The position numbers and the translations under genes are program-made. This document shows, one piece after another, positions 23,649 to 32,456 of a stretch of 64,000 bases of DNA. The first letter of the stretch is position 1. Each line of letters opens with the position of its first letter. The notes under the pieces were generated by a model, which saw only the letters and a list, made by a program, of their open reading frames with translations, did not search any database and was not told where the DNA came from. The stretch comes from Acidimicrobiaceae bacterium. Lineage in GTDB: Bacteria; Actinomycetota; Acidimicrobiia; Acidimicrobiales; Aldehydirespiratoraceae. Location of the stretch: NCBI GenBank assembly GCA_009837445.1, contig VXTM01000004.1:4642-68641 (forward strand), read 5' to 3'.

Positions 23649-26534
23649 ATGCTTGCCGCCTGGCTCACATCGCAGCTGGTGTTCAACGGGCTGGTCAACG
23701 GGCTGGTCACCGGGCTGCTGGCCATGGGCCTGGTCCTGGTGTACCGGTCCACCCGGGTGGTGAACCTGGCCGTCGGCAACATGGGCCTGGTAGGCGCGTC
23801 GCTGCTGGCGCTCCTGGTGCTCAACTACCACTTCCCGTTCTGGCTGGCGCTGGCACTCAGCCTGGCCACCGGCACCCTGTTCGGCGCCGTCGTCGACCTG
23901 TTGGTGGTGCGCCGGCTGTTCAGCTCGCCGAGGGTGATAGTGCTGATGGCCACGGTGGGCGTGGCCCAGCTGGCCTCGGGGATCAGCGGCTCCTACCCCG
24001 ACCTCAACATGAGGGGCAACAAGTACCCCACCGCTCTATCCGGGGTGTTCGACGATGTCCTCGGGCTGCGGATCACCGGACCGCAGCTAAGCATTCTGAT
24101 CGTCGTGCCCGCAGCCGCGGTCGGGCTGGTGTGGCTGCTGCGGCGCACCACGTTCGGCCGCGCCGTGGAGGCCTCGGCCGACAATCCGTCACTGTCGCGG
24201 CTGTCCACCGTCAACCCCAAGATGGTCTCGACCTTCGTGTGGACCATCGCAGGGCTCCTGTCCACCGTCTCGATCATGCTCCTGTCGGCCCAGATCGGGA
24301 ACCCCGCCGGCTTGGACAACCTCGGGATGCTGACCATGGCCCGGGCCATGCTCGCATTCGTGCTGGCCGGCCAGCGGTCGTTCGCCCGGGCGGTGGCATT
24401 CGGTGCGCTGATCGGGGTGGGCGAGGCGGTGCTCAGGTTCAACCTGCTGACCGAGCCCGGACTGTTCGACTTCGCCGCGCTGGTGCTGGTGGTGGCCATC
24501 GTCTACCAGCAGAGCCGCTCGAGCCCGGACGACACCACCTTCGCCTTCGCGCCGAAGGCACGCCGCCCACCCGAGCGCGCTCAGGAAATCTGGTGGATCC
24601 GCAGGATGCCGCACCTGGCCGCGACGCTGATCATGGTGGCTGCTGTGCTGCTGCCGATCGTGGTGACCCGGCCCAGCCGCCACCTGCTCTACGCCTCCAT
24701 CGCCTGCTACGCGATCTGCGCCCTGTCGCTCACCGTCATCACCGGCTGGGCCGGACAGCTGTCGCTGGCCCAGATGGCCTTCGCCGGCCTGGGGGCCCTG
24801 CTGGCCGCCGCGCTCAACCGGGGCTTCGAGATGGACGTCTGGCTGCTCGACTTCCAGGCTCCAGCGATCCCCTACCTGGCCGCCATCGCGGTCGCCGCGG
24901 TGGTGATGGCGGGCGTCGCCGCGTTGGTCGGCCTAGGCGCGCTCCGGGTTCGGGGACTGCAGCTGGCCGTGATCACCTTCATGCTCGCGGTCGCAGCCGA
25001 GCAGTACATCTATCGCTGGCCGGTGCTCAGCGACGGCAACGCCAATTCGGTGTCGTTCCGCCGGGGCACGGTCCTCGGCCTGGATGTGAGCAGCCAGCGG
25101 GCCTACTACTACTTCTGTGTGGCCGTGCTGGTGGTGGTGTTCGTGCTGGTGGCCCGGCTGCGCAACAGCGGGATCGGCCGCTCCACCATCGCGGTGCGAG
25201 ACAACCCCGAGGCGGCCTCGGCCTACACCATCAGTCCGAGCCGCTCAAAGCTGGCCGCGTTCGCTATGGCCGGGGGCATCGCCGCTCTCGGCGGGGCGAT
25301 GCTGGGCGGCCTGTTCCAGAACATTCCCTTCGGTGAGCGCTACTACCTGATCGACGACTCGCTGCAGTTGGTGGCCATGGTCGTGATCGGCGGGCTCGGA
25401 GCGTTGACCGGACCGCTCGTCGGCGCCCTGTGGGTGATCGGTCTGCCTGCGTTCTTCGGTGACAACGAGCTTGTGCCCCTGTTCACGTCCAGCGTCGGGC
25501 TGCTCATCATCCTGATGTACTTCCCCGGCGGGTTCGCGCAGATCGGGTACGCCACCCGCAAGCTGCTGTACGACTGGGCTCTGCGGCGGCTGCCGCCCGA
25601 GGAGCCGGAGTCGGCCGCCAGGCCGGCGGCCGTACCGGTCACCGGCGGGGACCGGGCCCGCCCCGCGCCGGTGGGCGTGAGCGAGGGCGTAGCTCACTCA
25701 GCGCGTTCGGACGCGAGCGAGGGCGACGCCGTTCTGCGGGCCCGGGGAGTGTCGGTGAGCTTCGGCGGGCTTCAGGCGGTGTCGAGCGTCGACCTCGACG
25801 TCACCGGTGGCGAGATCGTGGGGCTCATCGGCACCAACGGCGCCGGTAAGACGACATTCGTGAACGCGGTCGGAGGCCACGTCGGCTCGCGGGGCACCGT
25901 CGAGCTGCTCGGCCACGACGTGTCGAGGCTGAGCGTGGAGGCTCGGGCCCGCCACGGGCTGGGCCGCACCTTCCAGACCGCCCGGCTGTTCGGCGAGCTG
26001 ACGGTGAGGGAGACGGTCCAGGTGGCGCTCGAGGCCCGGGGCCGCACCCCCTTCCTGAGCACCGCGCTGGGCCTGCCTGCGGCCCGGCGGCTGGCCCGGC
26101 AGCGACGGGCCGAAGCGGATGAGCTGATCGGGTTCTTCGGACTCGGCGGCTATGCCGAGGAGTTCATCGTCGACCTGTCGACCGGCACCCGCCGCGTCGT
26201 TGAGCTGACCAACCTCATGGCCCTCGACGCCAGGGTCCTCTGCCTCGACGAGCCGACCGCGGGCCTGGCCCAGCGCGAGAGCGAGGCCTTCGGGGTGCTG
26301 CTCGTGGAGGTGCGGCGCGAGTTGGAGGTGTCGATGCTGGTCATCGAGCACGACATGCCGCTCATCATGTCCATAAGCGACCGCGTGTACTGCCTCGAAG
26401 CCGGTCAGGTCATCTCCGAGGGCGCTCCGGCCGACGTCAGATCCGACCCCAAGGTGATCGACAGCTACCTCGGCACCGACGAGCGGGCCATCCTGCGCAG
26501 CGACGCTTCGGCGCCAACAGAAAGGAAAACGTGA
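23649..26534 (+). CDS. single-chain LivH-LivM-LivG (two branched-chain-type permease domains plus ATPase)
   Basis: The ATG at 23649 lies inside ORF 22068..26534. LivH-like LVNGLVTGLLAMGLVLVY, LivM-like ITGWAGQLSLAQMAFAGLGA, and an ATPase with GTNGAGKTT, LSTGTRR and LCLDEPTAG. 961 aa. Confidence 0.9.
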   Translation: MLAAWLTSQLVFNGLVNGLVTGLLAMGLVLVYRSTRVVNLAVGNMGLVGASLLALLVLNYHFPFWLALALSLATGTLFGAVVDLLVVRRLFSSPRVIVLMATVGVAQLASGISGSYPDLNMRGNKYPTALSGVFDDVLGLRITGPQLSILIVVPAAAVGLVWLLRRTTFGRAVEASADNPSLSRLSTVNPKMVSTFVWTIAGLLSTVSIMLLSAQIGNPAGLDNLGMLTMARAMLAFVLAGQRSFARAVAFGALIGVGEAVLRFNLLTEPGLFDFAALVLVVAIVYQQSRSSPDDTTFAFAPKARRPPERAQEIWWIRRMPHLAATLIMVAAVLLPIVVTRPSRHLLYASIACYAICALSLTVITGWAGQLSLAQMAFAGLGALLAAALNRGFEMDVWLLDFQAPAIPYLAAIAVAAVVMAGVAALVGLGALRVRGLQLAVITFMLAVAAEQYIYRWPVLSDGNANSVSFRRGTVLGLDVSSQRAYYYFCVAVLVVVFVLVARLRNSGIGRSTIAVRDNPEAASAYTISPSRSKLAAFAMAGGIAALGGAMLGGLFQNIPFGERYYLIDDSLQLVAMVVIGGLGALTGPLVGALWVIGLPAFFGDNELVPLFTSSVGLLIILMYFPGGFAQIGYATRKLLYDWALRRLPPEEPESAARPAAVPVTGGDRARPAPVGVSEGVAHSARSDASEGDAVLRARGVSVSFGGLQAVSSVDLDVTGGEIVGLIGTNGAGKTTFVNAVGGHVGSRGTVELLGHDVSRLSVEARARHGLGRTFQTARLFGELTVRETVQVALEARGRTPFLSTALGLPAARRLARQRRAEADELIGFFGLGGYAEEFIVDLSTGTRRVVELTNLMALDARVLCLDEPTAGLAQRESEAFGVLLVEVRRELEVSMLVIEHDMPLIMSISDRVYCLEAGQVISEGAPADVRSDPKVIDSYLGTDERAILRSDASAPTERKT

Positions 26535-28246
26535 TGGCTGCTTACGACCTGGTCGTCCGTAACGGTTCCGTCGTTGACGGCAGCGGCATGCCGGCGCGTC
26601 CTGCCGACGTGGCGGTGTCGGGCCGCAAGATCGTCGCCGTCGGCGCGGTGGAGGGCCGCGGCAGCCGTGAGATCGACGCCTCCGACCACATCGTCACGCC
26701 GGGATTCATCGACGGCCACACCCACATGGACGCCCAGTTCTTCTGGGATCCGCTGGGCACGTCCTCGTGCTGGCACGGGGTGACCACCGTGGTGGTGGGC
26801 AACTGCGGATTCACCCTGGCCCCGTGCCGGTCGGGCCAGGAGCAGCTCGTGATCGACAACCTCGAGAAGGCCGAGGACATCCCGGCCGCGGCGCTGGCCG
26901 CCGGGGTGCACTTCGAGTGGGAGACCTTCGCCCAGTACCTCGACGCCCTGGACCGGCTGCCCAAGGGGATCAACTTCGGCTCCTACCTGGGTCACTCGGC
27001 TCTGAGGACCTACGCCATGGGCGAGCGGGCCTTCGATTCGGAGGCGACCGAGGACGACCTCGAAGCCATGGAGCGAGAGCTGCGGGCCGGTCTGGCCGCC
27101 GGCGCGCTCGGCTTCACCACCTCCAGGAGCCACCACCACATGACGCCCTCGGGCCGCCCGGTGGCGTCGCGGGTGGCGCCCTGGGGCGAGGTCGAGCGCC
27201 TGGTGGCGGCCATGGCGGAGGCCGGAGGCGGAATGTTCGAGCTGGCCAACGAGTCGGTAATGGCATCCACCGACCCGGAGGGCCGGGCCGAGGCCATGGG
27301 CCGGCTGCGCCGCCTCGCGGTCGGCAACCGGGTGCCGGTCAGCTTCGGGATCTCCACCTTCGGCGATCCCAACCGCTGGCTGGAGCTGTTGCGGCTCCTC
27401 GACGACGCGGCCCGCGACGGTGCCCAGATGTGGGGCCAGAGCAGCTGCATGCCGTCGGGCGCGCTGTTCAACTTCAAGACCTGGCTGCCTTTCGACAAGG
27501 TGCCTGCCTGGTCCGAGCTGCGGGCCCGGCCCCTCGACGAGCAGACCGTCAAGCTGCGTGATCCGGACGTGCGGGCCAGTCTGATCGAGTCGCTCAGCGG
27601 CATGGACTTCTCACTGGGCAAGGAGGTGGCCCGCAAGCCGCTGTTCGAGCGGATCGTGGTGATGCAGCGCGACAGGGCCACCTCCCCCACGCTGGCCAGC
27701 GTGGCCGCTGAACGCGGCGTGCACCCGGCAGAAGCCATGATCGATCTGGGCCTGGAGTCCGACTTCGACACGTTCTTCCTGCAGATCACCAGCAACGACG
27801 AACCTGACGATGTGCTGACGATGCTGCGCCACCCCCGCACGGTCATGACCTTCTCCGACGCGGGGGCCCATGTGAGCCAGATCATCAGCGCGTCGCTGCA
27901 GACCTACCTGCTCAGCCACTGGGTGCGGGAGGTCGACGAGTTCTCCATCGAGGAGGCGGTGCGCATGATCACCCTGGTGCCTTCGAGCATCTGGGGCATG
28001 GCCGACCGAGGTCTGGTGCGTGAGGGCTTCGAGGCCGACCTGAACATCATCGACCTCGAGCGCCTGGAGCCGTGCGTGCCCGAGGTCGTCCACGACCTGC
28101 CGGCCGGCGCGACCCGGCTCACTCAGCGGGCCGAGGGCATCACGGCCACCATCGTGGGAGGCGAGGTGCTCCTAGAGGACGGCGAGCACACCGGCGCGCT
28201 GCCCGGCCGCCTAATCCGCCGCGCCGCTCTCAACCGGCCGATGTGA
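26531..28246 (+). CDS. N-acyl-D-amino-acid deacylase (D-aminoacylase, amidohydrolase family)
   Basis: YDLVVRNGSVVDGSG...VTPGFIDGHTHMD N-terminal signature, 571 aa. Start overlaps the upstream stop. Confidence 0.9.
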   Translation: MMAAYDLVVRNGSVVDGSGMPARPADVAVSGRKIVAVGAVEGRGSREIDASDHIVTPGFIDGHTHMDAQFFWDPLGTSSCWHGVTTVVVGNCGFTLAPCRSGQEQLVIDNLEKAEDIPAAALAAGVHFEWETFAQYLDALDRLPKGINFGSYLGHSALRTYAMGERAFDSEATEDDLEAMERELRAGLAAGALGFTTSRSHHHMTPSGRPVASRVAPWGEVERLVAAMAEAGGGMFELANESVMASTDPEGRAEAMGRLRRLAVGNRVPVSFGISTFGDPNRWLELLRLLDDAARDGAQMWGQSSCMPSGALFNFKTWLPFDKVPAWSELRARPLDEQTVKLRDPDVRASLIESLSGMDFSLGKEVARKPLFERIVVMQRDRATSPTLASVAAERGVHPAEAMIDLGLESDFDTFFLQITSNDEPDDVLTMLRHPRTVMTFSDAGAHVSQIISASLQTYLLSHWVREVDEFSIEEAVRMITLVPSSIWGMADRGLVREGFEADLNIIDLERLEPCVPEVVHDLPAGATRLTQRAEGITATIVGGEVLLEDGEHTGALPGRLIRRAALNRPM

Positions 28247-29379
28247 TGGAGCGAGCAATGGTGAGTTGCGTCGTGGTCTTCGGCGAGGCTGAGTCGGTCC
28301 TGGCCGAGGATCTCGCCGCGGGCGGCTCCGGAGTTTCCTGGTCACTATGCCGTCCCGAGGAAGTCTCGGACCGTCTAGTGGCCTCGGCACAGCCGGCCGT
28401 GGTCGTTGGGGTCGGCAGTGCCGGGTCGGCCGCGCTTCAGGCGGCCGCCGATGACGGCTCGGTGTGCGGCATCGTGCTGTGGGACACACCACTCGTCGGT
28501 GGCGATCTGGAACTGCTGGGTGAATGGCCCGAGGTGGCCGTGCTGGGCGTGGCCCACGCCTCTGACCGGCACTCGCTGCGGTCAGTTGCCGACGCCTTCC
28601 TGGCGTCAGCCCATCCCGACTCGGATCTGGTCGTGGCCGGTGTTGCCGATTCCGCCGCCGATGATGCTGCAACCGCTCGCGTGCATTCATGGATCGCGAG
28701 CCGCTCGAATGTGTCGGCCTCAGCCGAGGAGGTGACGTTCGCGGGCGCCGACGGCTGGGAGCTGCACGGCACCCGATGGCTTCCCCAGCGCGACAGTCCG
28801 GTTCCCGGGGTGGTGCTGCTCCACACCGGCCGCAGCGACCGGGCCGCCTACAGCCGCCTGCAGCGCCTGCTGGCCGAGGCCGGCCTGGCCGTGCTGAACC
28901 TCGACTGGCGGGGCCGGGGCGAGAGCATCAACCAGGGCTCGTACTTCGATCTGGCTCCCGAGACCCGGGACCTGGCCTGGCAGGACGCGCTGGCGGCGCT
29001 CGATCATCTAGCTGGCCTGGAGACTGTGGACGAGTCCCGGCTGGCCACGGTGGGCACGGTGCACGGCGCCGAGTACGCGGTGCGGGCGGCCTGCCGGGAC
29101 CCCCGGGTGGTGGCTGTGGTGCTGCTCACCGGCTACCGGCCCCAGGACCAGAGCGAGGCGACCCACCTCACCAGCGGTGCGGTCGACACGCTCTATATCG
29201 CCTGCACCGGCCATCAGATCACCACTCAGGCCATGCGGGAGTTGCATTCGGCCGCCCCGCCGGGCCGATCCCAGTACCTCGAGTACCCGGGGTCGGCGCT
29301 GGGCTACCAGTTGTTCGAGCTCGACCACGACCTCGAGCCCCGGGTGGTCGGCTGGCTGGCCGAGGTGCTGGACCGATGA
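28246..29379 (+). CDS. alpha/beta-hydrolase-fold protein, nucleophile elbow degenerate
   Basis: The ATG at 28246 overlaps the upstream stop by one base (TGA 28244-28246, shared A). GVVLLHTGRSDRAAYSRL...LNLDWRGRGES resembles dienelactone-hydrolase/S9-like folds. The GxSxG position reads GTVHG, with no Ser. Confidence 0.65.
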   Translation: MERAMVSCVVVFGEAESVLAEDLAAGGSGVSWSLCRPEEVSDRLVASAQPAVVVGVGSAGSAALQAAADDGSVCGIVLWDTPLVGGDLELLGEWPEVAVLGVAHASDRHSLRSVADAFLASAHPDSDLVVAGVADSAADDAATARVHSWIASRSNVSASAEEVTFAGADGWELHGTRWLPQRDSPVPGVVLLHTGRSDRAAYSRLQRLLAEAGLAVLNLDWRGRGESINQGSYFDLAPETRDLAWQDALAALDHLAGLETVDESRLATVGTVHGAEYAVRAACRDPRVVAVVLLTGYRPQDQSEATHLTSGAVDTLYIACTGHQITTQAMRELHSAAPPGRSQYLEYPGSALGYQLFELDHDLEPRVVGWLAEVLDR

Positions 29380-30047
29380 CCCGCGAGCTCAGGTTCAGCG
29401 CAGCCGACGGCTGGCCGCTTGGAGCGGTGCTGCACCGGCCTGCCTCGGACGGTCCCGTACCCGCAGTCGTGACCGTGGCCGGCTCCCGCCATGAGCGCGA
29501 CGCCTGGAAGCGGACCTCGGAGTTCCTGGCTCAGCACGATGTTGCCACCCTGATGCTGGACATCAGGGGCCGGGGCGCCAGCCGGGGCGACTGCACCTAC
29601 GCCCGCATGGGCCCGGGCCAGCGTCGCCGGGTACGGCTCGACGTGGCCAGGGCGTTGGAGGTGGTCGCCGAGCAGCCCGGAGTGGACCCGGACCGGCTGG
29701 GCGTGCTGGCCGAGCAGGACACCGCAGCCGAAGCGGTGGAGGCAGCCGCCGGATGCGACGGCGTACTCGCCGTGTGCCTGGTGTCGCCCCGGCACGCCGG
29801 ACGCATCGCTGCGGCCCTGGATACACGACCGGTCAACGTCTTCTCCCTGGCGTCCACCGAGGATCGCGAGGGGGTGCGGGCCGCGGTCGACGCCTACCTG
29901 GCGTCGGCTCCCGAGGGCAGCGACTTAGCCGTCTTTAGCGGGCTCGGCATCGGCATCACCATGGCCTCGGTGCTTCAGTTCGAACAGCCTGAGGCCGAGC
30001 CGCTGGAGGACCGCATCGCCCGCTGGCTCGCCGACCGACTGATCTAA
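29376..30047 (+). CDS. alpha/beta-hydrolase-fold-like protein, nucleophile elbow degenerate
   Basis: ATGA overlap with the upstream gene. PAVVTVAGSRHERDAW...LMLDIRGRGAS parallels the upstream paralog. The elbow position reads LAEQDT. Confidence 0.6.
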   Translation: MTRELRFSAADGWPLGAVLHRPASDGPVPAVVTVAGSRHERDAWKRTSEFLAQHDVATLMLDIRGRGASRGDCTYARMGPGQRRRVRLDVARALEVVAEQPGVDPDRLGVLAEQDTAAEAVEAAAGCDGVLAVCLVSPRHAGRIAAALDTRPVNVFSLASTEDREGVRAAVDAYLASAPEGSDLAVFSGLGIGITMASVLQFEQPEAEPLEDRIARWLADRLI

Positions 30048-30126
30048 CGATGGACAGGCGGGTTCACCAAGAGCGTCCAAAGGTGGTGCCGGCGCCTAGC
30101 GCCGCGGCGTGGTCATTCCCGCGGCC

Positions 30127-31590
30127 TTATCCATCGTGCCATCCCATCTCGTCGTCGTCGCTTGGCCGACGATTCCTCAGGCCCAGCGAAACGACCACCC
30201 CGGCCAGCATGATCACGGTGGCCACCGCGAACCCGCGGTTGTAGGCACTCTGCGCCCTTGCCAGCAAGCCCGGCTCGGTGCCCAGCTCGGTGAGGCTGCC
30301 GACATCGCTGACGATGACGGTGGCGATGACCGCAGTCCCCAGCGCGCCCGACACCCGGCCGGTGAGGTTCCGCACCGCGGACGCCTGGGTCCGCAGCCGG
30401 CGGACCACCGAGCTCAGGCTGAGCAGAGTCGCCGGCATGGCCACCATGGAGGCGGCAACGCCGGAGCCCGCCACGTAGGCCACCACGAGCCACATCGGAG
30501 TCGAGCGGGTCGTGGTGGTCAGCAAGCCGGTAGATATAGCGGCCAGCAGCAATCCGGCCACAATGGGCGGCTTTGCGCCGAAGCGGTCGGTGAAACGCCC
30601 CACCAGCGGCATCGCTGCCGCCGCGAGCAGAGCGCTGGGAGTCAGCACCGCGCCGGCGCTCACGGGGCTGAGACCTCGCACGGCCTGCATTTCCAGAGGG
30701 ATGAAGACCTGCCGAGCGAACTGCGAGAGAGCCAGCGTCCCCACGACGGCCATGCACAGCGAGAAGTCCCGGGAGCTGTAGAGCTTCGGGTCGATGAGCG
30801 GATGGGGCGTGCGAACGGCCCGGAGCCAGAAGGCGACCGCCACGAGCACCGACGTGACGATGGTGGCGATGAAGACGGTCGATGACAGTCCCCAATCGGT
30901 GGCGTAGGAGCAGGCGGTGAGGAACCCGACCAGCGACACGGTCAGCAACAGCGTGCCAGGCAGGTCGATCGGACGGCGCTCACCCGGCGACTGATGGGGG
31001 ACCAGCCGCGCCCCCGCCATAATCACCAGCCCGCAGACCGGCGCGAAACCTAAGAACAACCACCGCCAACTTGCGGAGGTGACGATCCAGCCGCTCAACA
31101 GAGGGCCGAGCGCCGGAGCGATCATGAACAGCCCGCCGGCATAACCGATCACGCGTCCCCGTGTCTCCGGCGGTGTCATCTCGTACAGCAGCAGTGTCCC
31201 GACCGAGAGCGCGGCTCCGCTGCAGACACCCTGCCCAACGCGGGCCAGCACCAGGGCGACCAGGTTGGGCGAGGCCGCCGACAGCACGGCAAACACACCG
31301 AACCCACCGAGAGCACGCAGGAAGACGGGGCGCAGACCCCAGCGGTCAGCCAGCCACCCGGTCGGTGCCTGGGTGACGCCGAGCGCGAGGAGATGAGCGG
31401 TGACCACCCACTCGATCCCGGTGTCTATGCCGAGACTCGAGGCGATGGACGGGAGGGCCACGTTGACCGTCGTGGTGTCGAGGAACCCCACCAGTGTCCC
31501 GGCCAGCACTACCGCGAGGCTCAGGCGTCTGCGATCGCTGACCTGACCCGCCTCCCGGCGGGGGCGCGCGGGCCAGCGGGGGAGTTTCAT
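30127..31590 (-). CDS. MFS transporter, 14-TM DHA2/EmrB-like
   Basis: LAVVLAGTLVGFLDTTTVNVALPSI and GWLADRWGLRPVF motifs, 487 aa. ATGA overlap with the upstream gene. Confidence 0.9.
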   Translation of the reverse strand: MKLPRWPARPRREAGQVSDRRRLSLAVVLAGTLVGFLDTTTVNVALPSIASSLGIDTGIEWVVTAHLLALGVTQAPTGWLADRWGLRPVFLRALGGFGVFAVLSAASPNLVALVLARVGQGVCSGAALSVGTLLLYEMTPPETRGRVIGYAGGLFMIAPALGPLLSGWIVTSASWRWLFLGFAPVCGLVIMAGARLVPHQSPGERRPIDLPGTLLLTVSLVGFLTACSYATDWGLSSTVFIATIVTSVLVAVAFWLRAVRTPHPLIDPKLYSSRDFSLCMAVVGTLALSQFARQVFIPLEMQAVRGLSPVSAGAVLTPSALLAAAAMPLVGRFTDRFGAKPPIVAGLLLAAISTGLLTTTTRSTPMWLVVAYVAGSGVAASMVAMPATLLSLSSVVRRLRTQASAVRNLTGRVSGALGTAVIATVIVSDVGSLTELGTEPGLLARAQSAYNRGFAVATVIMLAGVVVSLGLRNRRPSDDDEMGWHDG

Positions 31591-32456
31591 CAGGGTGAGC
31601 CGGCCGAGGGCACCTCGACCCGGGTAGCGACGATCCGGCCGACCGGCGGGCCGGCCGGGTCAATGGAGGCGGCCTCCGAGTAGGTGCACACGAACAACTC
31701 CCGGCCGTCGTAGCCCCCCAGAACGCAGGCAAAGGCGCCCTCGTTACCAGTGGAGACCCGCTCCAGCACCCGGCCCCCGTCAGCGACGCGGACCACCTCG
31801 TAGCCGAGCGGGTCGGCGTACCAGACCGCGCCCTCGGCGTCGAGGCAGATCCCGTCGGCAACTCCCCCACCGAGATCGGCGAATACCCGGCGACCGTGAA
31901 GGCCGCCGTCAGTGCCGATGTCGAACGCAGTCAGCCGCCCAGCCGATGACTCGGCCACTATGAGCGTTCCGCCGTCGGGGGTGGTCACCGATCCGTTGGG
32001 AAAGCCGAGGTCGCCGGCTACGACGCGGGGCGCGCCCGTCGCGTCCACCAGCACCAGGCATCCTCCGGCGGGCTCCTCGCCGCCGGCAAGGTCATAGCCG
32101 AAGTCGCCGACGTAGGCCCGCCCGAACCGGTCAACGACCATGTCGTTGCACTTGCCTCTGGTGAGATGGGCCAAGTCCGCCGTCTCGACCAGTCCTCCCT
32201 CTCCGAGGCGCAGCAAGCGCCGGTCCCCCATCGATACGACGAGCAGCTCGCCGCTCGCCGTCCAGCCGAGGCCGCCCGGATCGGCCGGTACGGCCACCAC
32301 CGATGTCGGACCGTCGGCGTCGAGGCGGACCACCCGGCCGGCCCGCTTCTCGGAGAACCAGAGACGTCCTGCGTGCCACCGGGGGCTCTCCGGGAACCGG
32401 AGACCGCTCAATACCTCGCGGAACCTGACGGGCGGACCGCGCATGCTCTCAGCCAT
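31590..32456 (-). CDS. SMP-30/gluconolactonase/LRE-family protein
   Basis: Start MAESMRG at 32456 inside ORF 31590..32735. LRFPESPRWHAGRLWFSE and repeated beta-propeller GFPNG-type segments. Confidence 0.85.
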   Translation of the reverse strand: MAESMRGPPVRFREVLSGLRFPESPRWHAGRLWFSEKRAGRVVRLDADGPTSVVAVPADPGGLGWTASGELLVVSMGDRRLLRLGEGGLVETADLAHLTRGKCNDMVVDRFGRAYVGDFGYDLAGGEEPAGGCLVLVDATGAPRVVAGDLGFPNGSVTTPDGGTLIVAESSAGRLTAFDIGTDGGLHGRRVFADLGGGVADGICLDAEGAVWYADPLGYEVVRVADGGRVLERVSTGNEGAFACVLGGYDGRELFVCTYSEAASIDPAGPPVGRIVATRVEVPSAGSP

